DNA of 35,717 nt from Bacteroidota bacterium (GTDB lineage: Bacteria; Bacteroidota; Bacteroidia; Bacteroidales; ML635J-15). The stretch is taken from positions 1 through 35,717 of the forward strand of contig JBNJGX010000003.1 of assembly GCA_051748025.1 (NCBI GenBank). Direction: 5' to 3'. The position numbers and the translations under genes are program-made. A model generated the notes under the pieces. That model had not been told where the DNA came from. It searched no databases and worked only from the letters and a program-made list of their open reading frames with translations. The number at the start of each line of letters is the position of its first letter. Position 1 is the first letter of the stretch. Shown piece after piece: positions 20,505 to 28,678 of this stretch.

Positions 20505-20666
20505 CCAAGACCTGTCCCGACCTGTCCCGAACTTGTTTCGGGAACTTGTCCCAGCCTGCCTTCCGCTAAAACCTATGCAGGGCTGGCAGGCGGCGGAGAC
20601 GGATCTCAAACATCAAAACTTGGCCGGGGTAGCAGGGTGAAGACGGATAATAAACCACCCTGCCGG
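20505..20666 (+). other. GC-rich structured non-coding island downstream of the rpoBC-DUF3467 unit (three hairpins, CYTGTCCC repeats). Possible terminator region or small RNA.
   Basis: cctgtcccga x2 plus cttgtcccag. Hairpins tcccgaa-cttgt-ttcggga (20524-20542), gcctgcc..ggcaggc, and gccgg..gcagggtg-loop-caccctgccggc (about 20622-20666). Confidence 0.45.
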
Positions 20667-20722
20667 CATGGGAATGACAAGGTTTGGTGATTTTTGGTAG
20701 TTGGTGCTTGATTATTGGAATG

Positions 20723-20942
20723 GTAACTAATCAGTTAAAAATGGTTAATAACGGTTACAATTAATAGGGTTTAGGGGTTAGGTTTTAGGTTATGAGAAAT
20801 CTTAACCTAAAACCTAACCCCTAACTCCTAAATCCTCTCATTTCGGGTGGGGGACTCATAAACAACCGAATTTAACCGGTAGTAACCGTTATTAACTGAT
20901 ATTAACCGATATCTACAGAAACCTTTATGACTGATTAGTAAC
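20723..20942 (-). repeat. MITE-like element, copy 1 (220 bp, no ORF). Termini GTAACTAATCAGT / ACTGATTAGTAAC, with a telomere-like palindromic core.
   Basis: Homologous end-to-end to the reverse complement of copy 3, including 21 identical nt ttatgagtcccccacccgaaat. Core hairpin at 20765-20830 has a perfect 20-bp stem (aggggttaggttttaggtta / taacctaaaacctaacccct). Confidence 0.85.
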
Positions 20943-20945
20943 TTG

Positions 20946-22796
20946 CTATTTCTCTGCCATCCGTTCCAAAAACTGGTGAAGGACAATCAGCAGCCATAGC
21001 CTGTTGTAAAGATAATCTGTGCCTGCCATATATTTGTCAATCATCTCCTTTACAGGTGCATACCGGATAACATTATGTTTTTCAATCACAGATTTTGATA
21101 AATAATGTTTGATAAGAAAATTGTGATCTTCACGTAACCATTTTTTCAAAGGGAGCGCAAATCCCGCTTTTGGCCTGTCAAATAAATTTTCCGGGATATG
21201 CTGGTATAAGATCTCTTTCAGCAGGTACTTTTTTGTCTGCTTTTGTACTTTAAGTTTTGGATCAAGGTTAAGGGCAAATTCTACAATCCTGTGATCAAGC
21301 AACGGAACCCTGGCTTCCAGACTGTATCGCATGCTTGCACGGTCCAGTTTTACAAGCAGATCGTCTTTCAGGTAATACCTCAGGTCAAAAACGGCTTGAT
21401 TTTCACCTGGCAACAAATCCCTGACAAAATAACTGTGATCTTCCTGGAGGTTTATTTCTTCTGAAATGTTGGTAATCAAAATATTATCAATCTCAGCCCG
21501 GGTGAAAAAATATTGTTCCTGTGAAAAAATATGGGACTTTAATTTATCTTTATCAGAAAAATCAAATAAATGAGATGCCCTTTGATAACGGTTTGACATT
21601 TTTGATAACCCATGTTTTATGGGTTGCCGAAGTCCCCTTAATATAGGATTTGAGAGCCGCTTGGCCCAGGTATAGGCACCATATCCGTGAAACAATTCAT
21701 CCCCACCGTCTCCGGTTAAAACCACACTTACATCTTTTTTGGCAAATTGTGACAGAAGCATTGTGGGAATGGCGGATGAATCGGCATAAGGCTCATCATA
21801 ATATTCGAGAATATCAGGAACCATGTCGCGGGCTTCGTTTTGTGATACAAAGTGTTCATGATGATTGGTGCCGAGATAATTGGCTACTTTTTTAGCATAT
21901 TTTGCTTCGTTATATGCATTTTCCTTAAACCCAATTGAGAATGTATCCAGCTTATTTTTTGTGTGTTTTTGAGCAAAAGCAGTAACTATGCTGGAATCAA
22001 TACCACCGCTTAACAAACTGCCGAAAGGCACATCACTTATCAGTCTTGATTTAACAGCATCATCAATGAGCTCTGTGAGTCGGTTCTTAGCATTTGTGCC
22101 ATCATCTATCAAGTTACGCCGGATAGCACTTTCTACCATCCAGTATGCTTCTATCCTGAGGCCGTTCTCATCAAGAATTCCCAGGTTGCCGGATGGAAAT
22201 TTCATGATATTCCTGTATATGGTGTTGGGTTCGGGAATATAGCCAAGGTGCAAATACTCGTTAATGGCCAGGTTGTTGATTTTTAAGTTTTTCTTGATCT
22301 GATCAACTTCCAATAAGGCTTTTATTTCAGATGCAAATATAAAATGTTCGTCGTCCCAATAATAATATAATGGCTTTATGCCAAGCCTGTCGCGATATAG
22401 ATACAATACCTTTTCCTGCTTGTCGTATATCGCCAGGGCAAACATGCCATTTAACTTATTGACAAATGTTACGCCCCATTCTTCAAATGCTTCAAGAATT
22501 ACTTCAGTATCACTATTGGTGCGAAAAGAGAGGTTCAGTTCTTTGGCAATGTCCATGAAATTATAAACCTCACCATTATACACACAAGTATAGCGCCTTG
22601 AATGAGATTCCATGGGCTGATTGGCATTATCAGATAAATCAAGTATGCTCAATCTCTTGTGGGCCAGACCGGCATAGCTGTTACAGTAAAAACCCTCTGC
22701 ATCTGGTCCTCTGTGTTTAATGGAGGCACCCATCCGGTGCAGTTCTTCTTCTGAAACAAATGAATCTCTAGCGTAATATCCAGCTATTCCACACAT
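20946..22796 (-). CDS. asnB: Asparagine synthase (glutamine-hydrolysing), AsnB family
   Basis: 616 aa. N-terminal MCGIAGY Ntn-amidotransferase start and SGGIDSS PP-loop motif (LLSGGIDSSIVTA). Confidence 0.93.
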   Translation of the reverse strand: MCGIAGYYARDSFVSEEELHRMGASIKHRGPDAEGFYCNSYAGLAHKRLSILDLSDNANQPMESHSRRYTCVYNGEVYNFMDIAKELNLSFRTNSDTEVILEAFEEWGVTFVNKLNGMFALAIYDKQEKVLYLYRDRLGIKPLYYYWDDEHFIFASEIKALLEVDQIKKNLKINNLAINEYLHLGYIPEPNTIYRNIMKFPSGNLGILDENGLRIEAYWMVESAIRRNLIDDGTNAKNRLTELIDDAVKSRLISDVPFGSLLSGGIDSSIVTAFAQKHTKNKLDTFSIGFKENAYNEAKYAKKVANYLGTNHHEHFVSQNEARDMVPDILEYYDEPYADSSAIPTMLLSQFAKKDVSVVLTGDGGDELFHGYGAYTWAKRLSNPILRGLRQPIKHGLSKMSNRYQRASHLFDFSDKDKLKSHIFSQEQYFFTRAEIDNILITNISEEINLQEDHSYFVRDLLPGENQAVFDLRYYLKDDLLVKLDRASMRYSLEARVPLLDHRIVEFALNLDPKLKVQKQTKKYLLKEILYQHIPENLFDRPKAGFALPLKKWLREDHNFLIKHYLSKSVIEKHNVIRYAPVKEMIDKYMAGTDYLYNRLWLLIVLHQFLERMAEK

Positions 22797-22818
22797 GAAT
22801 CTATTTTTTTGTAATTAA

Positions 22819-22826
22819 CAAATGTA
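22819..22826 (-). promoter_or_regulatory. Candidate -7 box (TACATTTG on the minus strand) for asnB
   Basis: Exact TAnnTTTG 22 nt upstream of the asnB ATG on the - strand. The -33 region is T-rich but not an exact TTTG. Confidence 0.4.
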
Positions 22827-22867
22827 ATAAATATCAGCGTATGAAAAATTAATAATCACATTTTATT

Positions 22868-23153
22868 GTAACTAATCATTCATAAATGTTTCTGTTAATA
22901 ACGGTTAAAATCGGTTGCTTATGAGACACAATACCGATGATGTTCAATATAATTTCAGTCAGAAGCAATGGCGAAATAAAATAATACATCAGCATTCTGT
23001 CAGGTTTACCAGCCGTGGATGGCAGGATTGAATACATATCGGTATTAGATTAGTTTCCCGGATGAATGATACATGTAAATACAGATTACGGTTTGTCGCA
23101 ACCGTTCTTAACCGCTATTAACCGTTATTAACCATTTTTAACTGATTAGTTAC
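22868..23153 (+). repeat. MITE-like element, copy 2 (286 bp, no ORF). Same termini and sub-terminal TAACCGTT repeats, different core.
   Basis: The left 58 nt are homologous to the copy 3 left arm. The right 35 nt (23119-23153) are the exact reverse complement of 20723-20757. The core has its own inverted repeat, aataccgatgatgttcaat (22930-22948) / attgaatacatatcggtatt (23027-23046). Confidence 0.85.
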
Positions 23154-23865
23154 TTTTTAACTCACGTTTATACATTTGAATGGTGTTTTCCAGTCCATAA
23201 TATAAAGCATCAGAAATCAATGCATGGCCTATCGAAACCTCACTGAGCCATGGTATGTTTTTATTAAAAAATGCCAGGTTATCAAGGTTTAGGTCATGGC
23301 CGGCATTGATGCCCAGGTTAAGTGTGTTGGCAAGATTGGCAGCTTGTGTGAATGGTTTTATGGCTGTTTCCCTGTTTTTTCTGTAATTTGCTGCATATGG
23401 CTCGGTATATAGTTCAATTCTGTCAGTGCCTGTTTGTGCGGCATATTCAATGTTGGATAAATCTGTCTCAACAAATAGTGAAGTACGGCAACCATATCTT
23501 TTCAGGCAGGGTATAATTTCCTTTAAAAATTTCATGTGTTTTTTTATGTTCCATCCGGCATTGGAAGTAAGTGCTTCAGGGGGATCCGGAACAAGCGTAA
23601 CCTGATGTGGTTGTATTGCTTCAATAAGTTTCAGAAATGCTTCAGAAGGATAGCCCTCTATGTTCAATTCGGTTTTGATTCGCGGGCGAATGTCCCGGAC
23701 GTCACTTTTCCGGATATGTCTTTCATCAGGCCGGGGATGAACAGTAATGCCATCTGCCCCAAACACCTCGCAATTTACGGCAGCACGGGTAACATCCGGA
23801 ATATTTCCTCCCCTTGCATTCCGGAGTGTGGCAACCTTATTAATGTTTACACTTAATCTTGTCAT
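23146..23865 (-). CDS. pdxJ: Pyridoxine 5'-phosphate synthase
   Basis: 239 aa. [18 protein letters not shown]-terminus and the overall PdxJ TIM-barrel pattern ([15 protein letters not shown]). Confidence 0.95.
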   Translation of the reverse strand: MTRLSVNINKVATLRNARGGNIPDVTRAAVNCEVFGADGITVHPRPDERHIRKSDVRDIRPRIKTELNIEGYPSEAFLKLIEAIQPHQVTLVPDPPEALTSNAGWNIKKHMKFLKEIIPCLKRYGCRTSLFVETDLSNIEYAAQTGTDRIELYTEPYAANYRKNRETAIKPFTQAANLANTLNLGINAGHDLNLDNLAFFNKNIPWLSEVSIGHALISDALYYGLENTIQMYKRELKSN

Positions 23866-23883
23866 TTTTTTTGCAATTTTCTT

Positions 23884-23891
23884 ACAAATAT
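23884..23891 (-). promoter_or_regulatory. Candidate -7 box (TATATTTG on the minus strand) for pdxJ, in the pdxJ / CBS divergent region
   Basis: Exact TAnnTTTG 18 nt upstream of the pdxJ ATG. No clean -33 TTTG. Confidence 0.4.
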
Positions 23892-23941
23892 ATGTTATCT
23901 TTATCAGGATTGGAATTTTAGAAAATAAAAAAGGATTAAAT

Positions 23942-24610
23942 ATGTACGCTTACGAGCTTATATCTACCATTGTGCCGGAAGTAAAAACTTCTGATACGGG
24001 TAATAAGGTCTTATCATGGATGGAATTTTTTAAAGTATCACACCTGCCGATTGTGAATAATGAAGATTTTTTGGGTTTGATTTCAGAAGCTGATATTTAT
24101 AACCTGAATTGTGGAGAAGAAGCAATAGGAAACCATAAACTGAGTTTAATAAGGCCATATGTTACAGAGAATCAACATCTTTTTGAAGTGATTGAAATAA
24201 CAGCCAAACTTGAACTTAGTTTGATCCCGGTGTTATCCGAAAAATCACAAAAATATATGGGTTCTATCCCCCTGCCGGAGCTGGTACGGCATTTTGCAAA
24301 AATCACAGGTGCTGATTTGAAAGGCAGTGTGCTTGTCCTGGAAATGGGGGTGCATGATTATTCTCTCAGTGAAATTGCCAGAATTGCAGAAGATAACAAT
24401 ACAAAAATCCTTAGCCTCTATGTATCCGGTACAAAAGATAGCATGAAGATTCAGGTTACAATTAAATTTGATACCGTTGAACTGGCCCCGGTTATTCACA
24501 GTTTTAACCGTTTTGATTACAATATCAGGGCTTCTTTTATGCTTGACGATGATGTAAATACCCTTTACAGGGATAGATATGAGCAGTTTTTAAGTTATTT
24601 AAATGTGTAG
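23942..24610 (+). CDS. CBS domain-containing protein
   Basis: 222 aa from ATG 23942. CBS pair signature ([24 protein letters not shown]; [24 protein letters not shown]). The longer ORF-track version overlaps pdxJ on the opposite strand. Confidence 0.85.
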   Translation: MYAYELISTIVPEVKTSDTGNKVLSWMEFFKVSHLPIVNNEDFLGLISEADIYNLNCGEEAIGNHKLSLIRPYVTENQHLFEVIEITAKLELSLIPVLSEKSQKYMGSIPLPELVRHFAKITGADLKGSVLVLEMGVHDYSLSEIARIAEDNNTKILSLYVSGTKDSMKIQVTIKFDTVELAPVIHSFNRFDYNIRASFMLDDDVNTLYRDRYEQFLSYLNV

Positions 24611-24612
24611 GA

Positions 24613-26013
24613 TTGATTAATAATATTCATTTTGCCATTACAAGTTTGTTTCTTCTAATCGCAGGTTCCTCTGTAATTGCACAATCTGTCGGTTCAGTTG
24701 ATATTCAGGGAAATCATGTAACCGATTCTTCAGTGATTATGCGGGAGCTTTGCTTTCAGCCGGGTGACAGCATAGATTTTACTTCCTGGCCGGAGCAAAT
24801 AAAGCAATCTGAGAAAAACCTGATGAATACTTCCCTTTTTGTGTATGTGAATATTAACTGGAAACAACAAGGAAATCAGGTTGATGTCAATGTTGCAGTA
24901 AAAGAAAGATGGTATTACTGGTTATACCCCATTCTTGAACATGCTGACAGAAACCTGAGTGCTTTCATTTACAACGCAGACTGGAAAAAGATCAATTACG
25001 GGTTGAGTTTTGAAAAACACAATCTGTTTGGCAAAAATCAGTTTCTAAAACTTAAAGCCAGATTTGGTTACAGGCAGCAATTGGGGATATTATATGAAAA
25101 TCCGGCCATTAATGCGTCGCAATTTCATGGTTTTCAATTGTATGCAGACCGGTTCCGCCAACGGCAAGTTGCGGTAGAAAATGTCAAAGACCGGAGACAA
25201 TATTTCTATCAACCTGATAAACCGGTTATATATGAAGACAGAGCAGGTTTTATTTATATATCACGGCCTGATTTATATCAAAGCCTGAGGTTTATTTCAG
25301 AATTCCGGCAATTTGCTGTTTCTGATAGCATGTTTTCTGCGCATCCATCATTTTTGCACATGTCACAGCAATCGTCAAGCTATTTTAATATCCGGTTGCA
25401 ATATGAATTTGACAACCGGGATGACCGGTTTTTTCCCTTAAAGGGTTTTCTACTTTTATCTGACATAGAGAAAACAGGATTTGGTTTATTTGCCAAGAGC
25501 CCGGATTTTATGACAGGCCGGTTAAAACTGCACTGGCATCACAGTTTTACTGAAAAGTGGTTTTATGCTATGCAGGCCAATAGTTTATGGCACATTACAA
25601 ACGCTGATAAACGCCCGTATTATTTATCTGGCATATTAGGTTATGATTATTATCCACGTGGTTATGAGTATTATACTGTGCATGGGAAAGCTGTTGTGAA
25701 CATTAATCAGTCTGTCAGGTACCGTTTGATATCAAGGCAAAAAGTACCGCTTTCGTGGGTTCCGGTCAGGGAATTTGATGAATTAAAGTATGATGTGTAT
25801 TTGTATGCCTTTTGGGATAATGCTAAAACATGGAGTAACAGCCTGTACGGAAATGATAATGAACTGCCGGAAGCCTTTCTGACAAGTGGTGGCGCCGGTA
25901 TTGAATGTCATACTTTTTATGACAGAAGTTTTGGTTTTCATTTTGCATTTACAAATCAGAAAGCTTTTGGTATCTTTGCATGGTTTCATTCGCCATTGTA
26001 TAAAAATTATTGA
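24613..26013 (+). CDS. BamA/TamA-like outer-membrane protein (single POTRA-like domain plus beta-barrel). TTG start.
   Basis: 466 aa. Signal-peptide-like FAITSLFLLIAGSSVIAQS. POTRA-like VDIQGNHVTDSSVIMRELCFQPGDSIDF...LFVYVNINW..VDVNVAVKERW. Aromatic-rich C-terminal barrel ending in F/Y-rich strands. There is no in-frame ATG near the N-terminus, so TTG 24613 is assumed. Confidence 0.7.
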   Translation: MINNIHFAITSLFLLIAGSSVIAQSVGSVDIQGNHVTDSSVIMRELCFQPGDSIDFTSWPEQIKQSEKNLMNTSLFVYVNINWKQQGNQVDVNVAVKERWYYWLYPILEHADRNLSAFIYNADWKKINYGLSFEKHNLFGKNQFLKLKARFGYRQQLGILYENPAINASQFHGFQLYADRFRQRQVAVENVKDRRQYFYQPDKPVIYEDRAGFIYISRPDLYQSLRFISEFRQFAVSDSMFSAHPSFLHMSQQSSSYFNIRLQYEFDNRDDRFFPLKGFLLLSDIEKTGFGLFAKSPDFMTGRLKLHWHHSFTEKWFYAMQANSLWHITNADKRPYYLSGILGYDYYPRGYEYYTVHGKAVVNINQSVRYRLISRQKVPLSWVPVREFDELKYDVYLYAFWDNAKTWSNSLYGNDNELPEAFLTSGGAGIECHTFYDRSFGFHFAFTNQKAFGIFAWFHSPLYKNY

Positions 26014-26015
26014 TA

Positions 26016-26897
26016 ATGAATATTGCAATTTACGGCCGGTACTTTAGTCAATCCTTCCACGGAAGTATTATTCAGATTTTTGAAACACTCAAAAAGCATA
26101 AAGTAAAATTCTGGATATATCGTCCGTTTGCGGCTTTTATTAATGAAAAGCTTTCGTATGAGCCGGTGTCTGAAGGATTGTTTAATCAACCTGTGGATGA
26201 CTGGAAAGACATTGATATGGTTTTTTCAATTGGGGGTGATGGCACATTCCTCGAAACCATTACCATGATCAAAGATAAAGGAATCCCGGTGCTGGGAATT
26301 AACAGCGGCAGGCTTGGATTTCTTGCCAATGTGTCAAAAGATAGTATTCCTCTGGCGCTTGAACAGATTGTTAATGGGAAATATGAATTGGAGCAACGTT
26401 CCTTACTGGAAATCCATACCGAGATGGATGATTTTGGGGATAACAATTTTGCCCTCAATGAGATGGCCTTGCAAAAACATGTCAGCCCCTCAATGATAAA
26501 AGTAAATGCATTTTATAATGATGAGCTGATCAATACTTATTGGTCTGATGGTTTGATTGTAAGTACACCAACAGGTAGTTCTGCGTATTCACTAAGTTGT
26601 GGAGGGCCAATAGTGCATCCGAACAGCCATAATTTTGTTATTACACCGATTGCACCTCACAACCTGACTGTACGACCACTTGTGATTTCTGATCAGGGAG
26701 AAATAAAACTAAAACTTGAAGGGGTTCCGAAATCAGCTAAGCTCAGCCTTGATTACAGATCGGTTAACAGGGTGTTTTACGAAGAAATTTTAATTAAAAA
26801 AGCCAATTTTAAAATTAATTTTGTTAAATTGTTTAATAATAATTATTTTAGCACTTTACAGAAGAAACTGATGTGGGGAGTGGATATGAGAAACTAA
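26016..26897 (+). CDS. nadK: NAD(+) kinase
   Basis: GGDGTFL motif (FSIGGDGTFLE), NSGRLGFL and STPTGSSAYSLS motifs. ATG 26016 is preferred over TTG 26010. Confidence 0.93.
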   Translation: MNIAIYGRYFSQSFHGSIIQIFETLKKHKVKFWIYRPFAAFINEKLSYEPVSEGLFNQPVDDWKDIDMVFSIGGDGTFLETITMIKDKGIPVLGINSGRLGFLANVSKDSIPLALEQIVNGKYELEQRSLLEIHTEMDDFGDNNFALNEMALQKHVSPSMIKVNAFYNDELINTYWSDGLIVSTPTGSSAYSLSCGGPIVHPNSHNFVITPIAPHNLTVRPLVISDQGEIKLKLEGVPKSAKLSLDYRSVNRVFYEEILIKKANFKINFVKLFNNNYFSTLQKKLMWGVDMRN

Positions 26898-26962
26898 TAC
26901 ACTTATCCACAGTAACAGTTTATAAAATTTTTGAAGAAATAATAACAACTAACTATAAGAGT

Positions 26963-27850
26963 ATGAAACGACTTATCATAGCTATTGCCTTAATTGGAGT
27001 GTTCTCAACATCTGTGAATGCCCAGTTTGGATCACATTGGCGTAAACTCCGGGAAGAAGTATTTTTTGGAGTGGGTGGCACAAATTTTCTTGGTGAGCTT
27101 GGTGGTGCAGACCAGGCAGGTACCCGATTTGTAAGAGACTTTGAGGTATTATATACCCGTCCGTTGGTTTATGCCGGATACAGGTATAAACTTAGTCCAT
27201 CATTTTCTGTAAAAGGAGCAGCAGGGTTTGGTTGGGTATATGGAGATGATGCCACAACCAATGAAGTTCACAGAAATAGTAGAAACTTATCGTTCCGCTC
27301 CCCGATTGCGGAAGCTGGTGCACATATTGAGTATCATATCCTGAAAGAACAATTTGGACATAGATATAACCTTAGACGCTCACGTGGTCAACAAAATTCT
27401 CCCAGCTTATATATTTTTACAGGAATAAATGGCTTTTGGTTTAATCCCAAAGCCCAATATACTGATGGTGAGTGGTATGCATTACAACCACTGGGTACTG
27501 AAGGACAGAATGTGCTGCCAACACGCGAACCCTACAAAAGAATATCATGGTCTGTTCCCATTGGTTTTGGCATGAATTTTTTAATTGACAGAAATTGGGG
27601 TGCCGGATTTGAATTTGGCTCACGTTATACAGGAACAGATTATATTGACGATGTCAGCACTACTTATGTTGATCCTGATTTGTTTGATGATCCGGTTGCC
27701 AGATACTTTGCAGACAGGTCCGATGATTGGCCCGGCGCTGGCGTTAATCAGCAGCGGGGAAATTCCAATTATAATGATGCTTATATGTTTTTAACCCTGA
27801 ATGTAACCTATAAGTTGCGTTCCGGCTCTCAAGGCATGCCAAAATTCTGA
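26963..27850 (+). CDS. Outer-membrane beta-barrel protein, DUF6089-like (signal peptide)
   Basis: 295 aa from ATG 26963. MKRLIIAIALIGVFSTSVNAQ signal peptide. GVGGTNFLGELGG motif, alternating aromatic strands, C-terminal ..LTLNVTYKL. The family name is from memory only. Confidence 0.65.
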   Translation: MKRLIIAIALIGVFSTSVNAQFGSHWRKLREEVFFGVGGTNFLGELGGADQAGTRFVRDFEVLYTRPLVYAGYRYKLSPSFSVKGAAGFGWVYGDDATTNEVHRNSRNLSFRSPIAEAGAHIEYHILKEQFGHRYNLRRSRGQQNSPSLYIFTGINGFWFNPKAQYTDGEWYALQPLGTEGQNVLPTREPYKRISWSVPIGFGMNFLIDRNWGAGFEFGSRYTGTDYIDDVSTTYVDPDLFDDPVARYFADRSDDWPGAGVNQQRGNSNYNDAYMFLTLNVTYKLRSGSQGMPKF

Positions 27851-27961
27851 TTTTTTTTAGGGATTGCATATACTTTTTTATTTTGCTGCTCGTTAGCATA
27901 ACAATTCTGGACCGGAAATATGTGTATGAATGTAACAATAAATAATAAAACCATAAAAAAA

Positions 27962-28666
27962 ATGTTGTCCAGGGTATGCCTGGGCATTGTTTTTTGTGGC
28001 ATGTTGTTTCCTGCAAAAGCACAACAATCCGGTGAAATAGGATTACATTTGGGAGGATCTTATTATCAGGGTGAATTAAATTGGGCTAAACCCTTTTATT
28101 CATCCAGGCTCAATTATGGTGGTTTCTACAAACAACATTTTAATTCCCGCCTTTTGATGAAATATGGTGCCATGTACACACATTTACAAGCTTTCGATGA
28201 GGATTCCGGGTTTGAATACCAAAATATCAGAGATTATGCTTTTGTTACTTCACTGATCGAAGCGGCTGCCCAGGTAGAATTTAATTTCCTTGTGTATGAA
28301 CTGGGTGAAACCAGAAAAAAGTTTTATACCCCATATGTAAATATAGGACTTGGTGCTGCTTATGCTCTGGAATCAAATAATACCTTTTCTGTGTGTATTC
28401 CCATGGGGGCAGGTATTAAAATGAACCTGACAGAACGTGTTATTATTGGAGCTGAATGGGCTTTCAGAAAAACCTTTTCTGACATGTTTGATAACCTTAC
28501 AGGAGAAGATCTTGAATTATATGCCCATACACAGGTGCCGGTGACCTCAACAAACAATGTTAAGCAGTTGGGATTTATGACCAATAACGATTGGTATTCT
28601 TATGCGGCTGTAACATTGTCTTATGTTTTTAATATTGCTGGTACCGAATGTCATGCATATTATTAA
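27962..28666 (+). CDS. Outer-membrane beta-barrel protein, DUF6089-like paralogue (signal peptide)
   Basis: MLSRVCLGIVFCGMLFPAKAQ signal peptide. LGGSYYQGELN motif shared with the preceding gene. C-terminal AAVTLSYVF. The start could also be 27920 or 27926. Confidence 0.65.
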   Translation: MLSRVCLGIVFCGMLFPAKAQQSGEIGLHLGGSYYQGELNWAKPFYSSRLNYGGFYKQHFNSRLLMKYGAMYTHLQAFDEDSGFEYQNIRDYAFVTSLIEAAAQVEFNFLVYELGETRKKFYTPYVNIGLGAAYALESNNTFSVCIPMGAGIKMNLTERVIIGAEWAFRKTFSDMFDNLTGEDLELYAHTQVPVTSTNNVKQLGFMTNNDWYSYAAVTLSYVFNIAGTECHAYY

Positions 28667-28678
28667 TTTTGCGATTGA

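Noticed and set aside
20466-20690. 74-aa ORF (MADQLQKPNNVQIPRPVPTCPELVSGTCPS...) downstream of DUF3467.
   Set aside because: It overlaps the DUF3467 3' end. It is built from the CCTGTCCCGA repeats and GC-rich hairpins, is Pro/Gly/Ser-rich and has no start context. It is better explained as structured non-coding DNA.
20765-20830. Interpreting the TTAGGGG/TTTAGGG-type iterations as genuine telomeric repeats or eukaryotic contamination.
   Set aside because: The tracts are short, with about 4 units per arm. They are arranged as a hairpin inside a bacterial intergenic repeat and are flanked by unmistakably bacterial genes. The resemblance is noted only as a sequence curiosity.
23747-23941. Upstream extension of the CBS protein ORF, and ORF 23536-23856 (+), overlapping pdxJ.
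   Set aside because: Both are antisense to the conserved pdxJ N-terminus. The CBS domain homology begins only after ATG 23942, which is preceded by a promoter-like region.
26873-26962. Upstream extension of the first DUF6089-like OMP, overlapping the nadK 3' end.
   Set aside because: ATG 26963 yields a canonical signal peptide (MKRLIIAIALIGVFSTSVNAQ). The extension would bury it 30 residues inside the protein.
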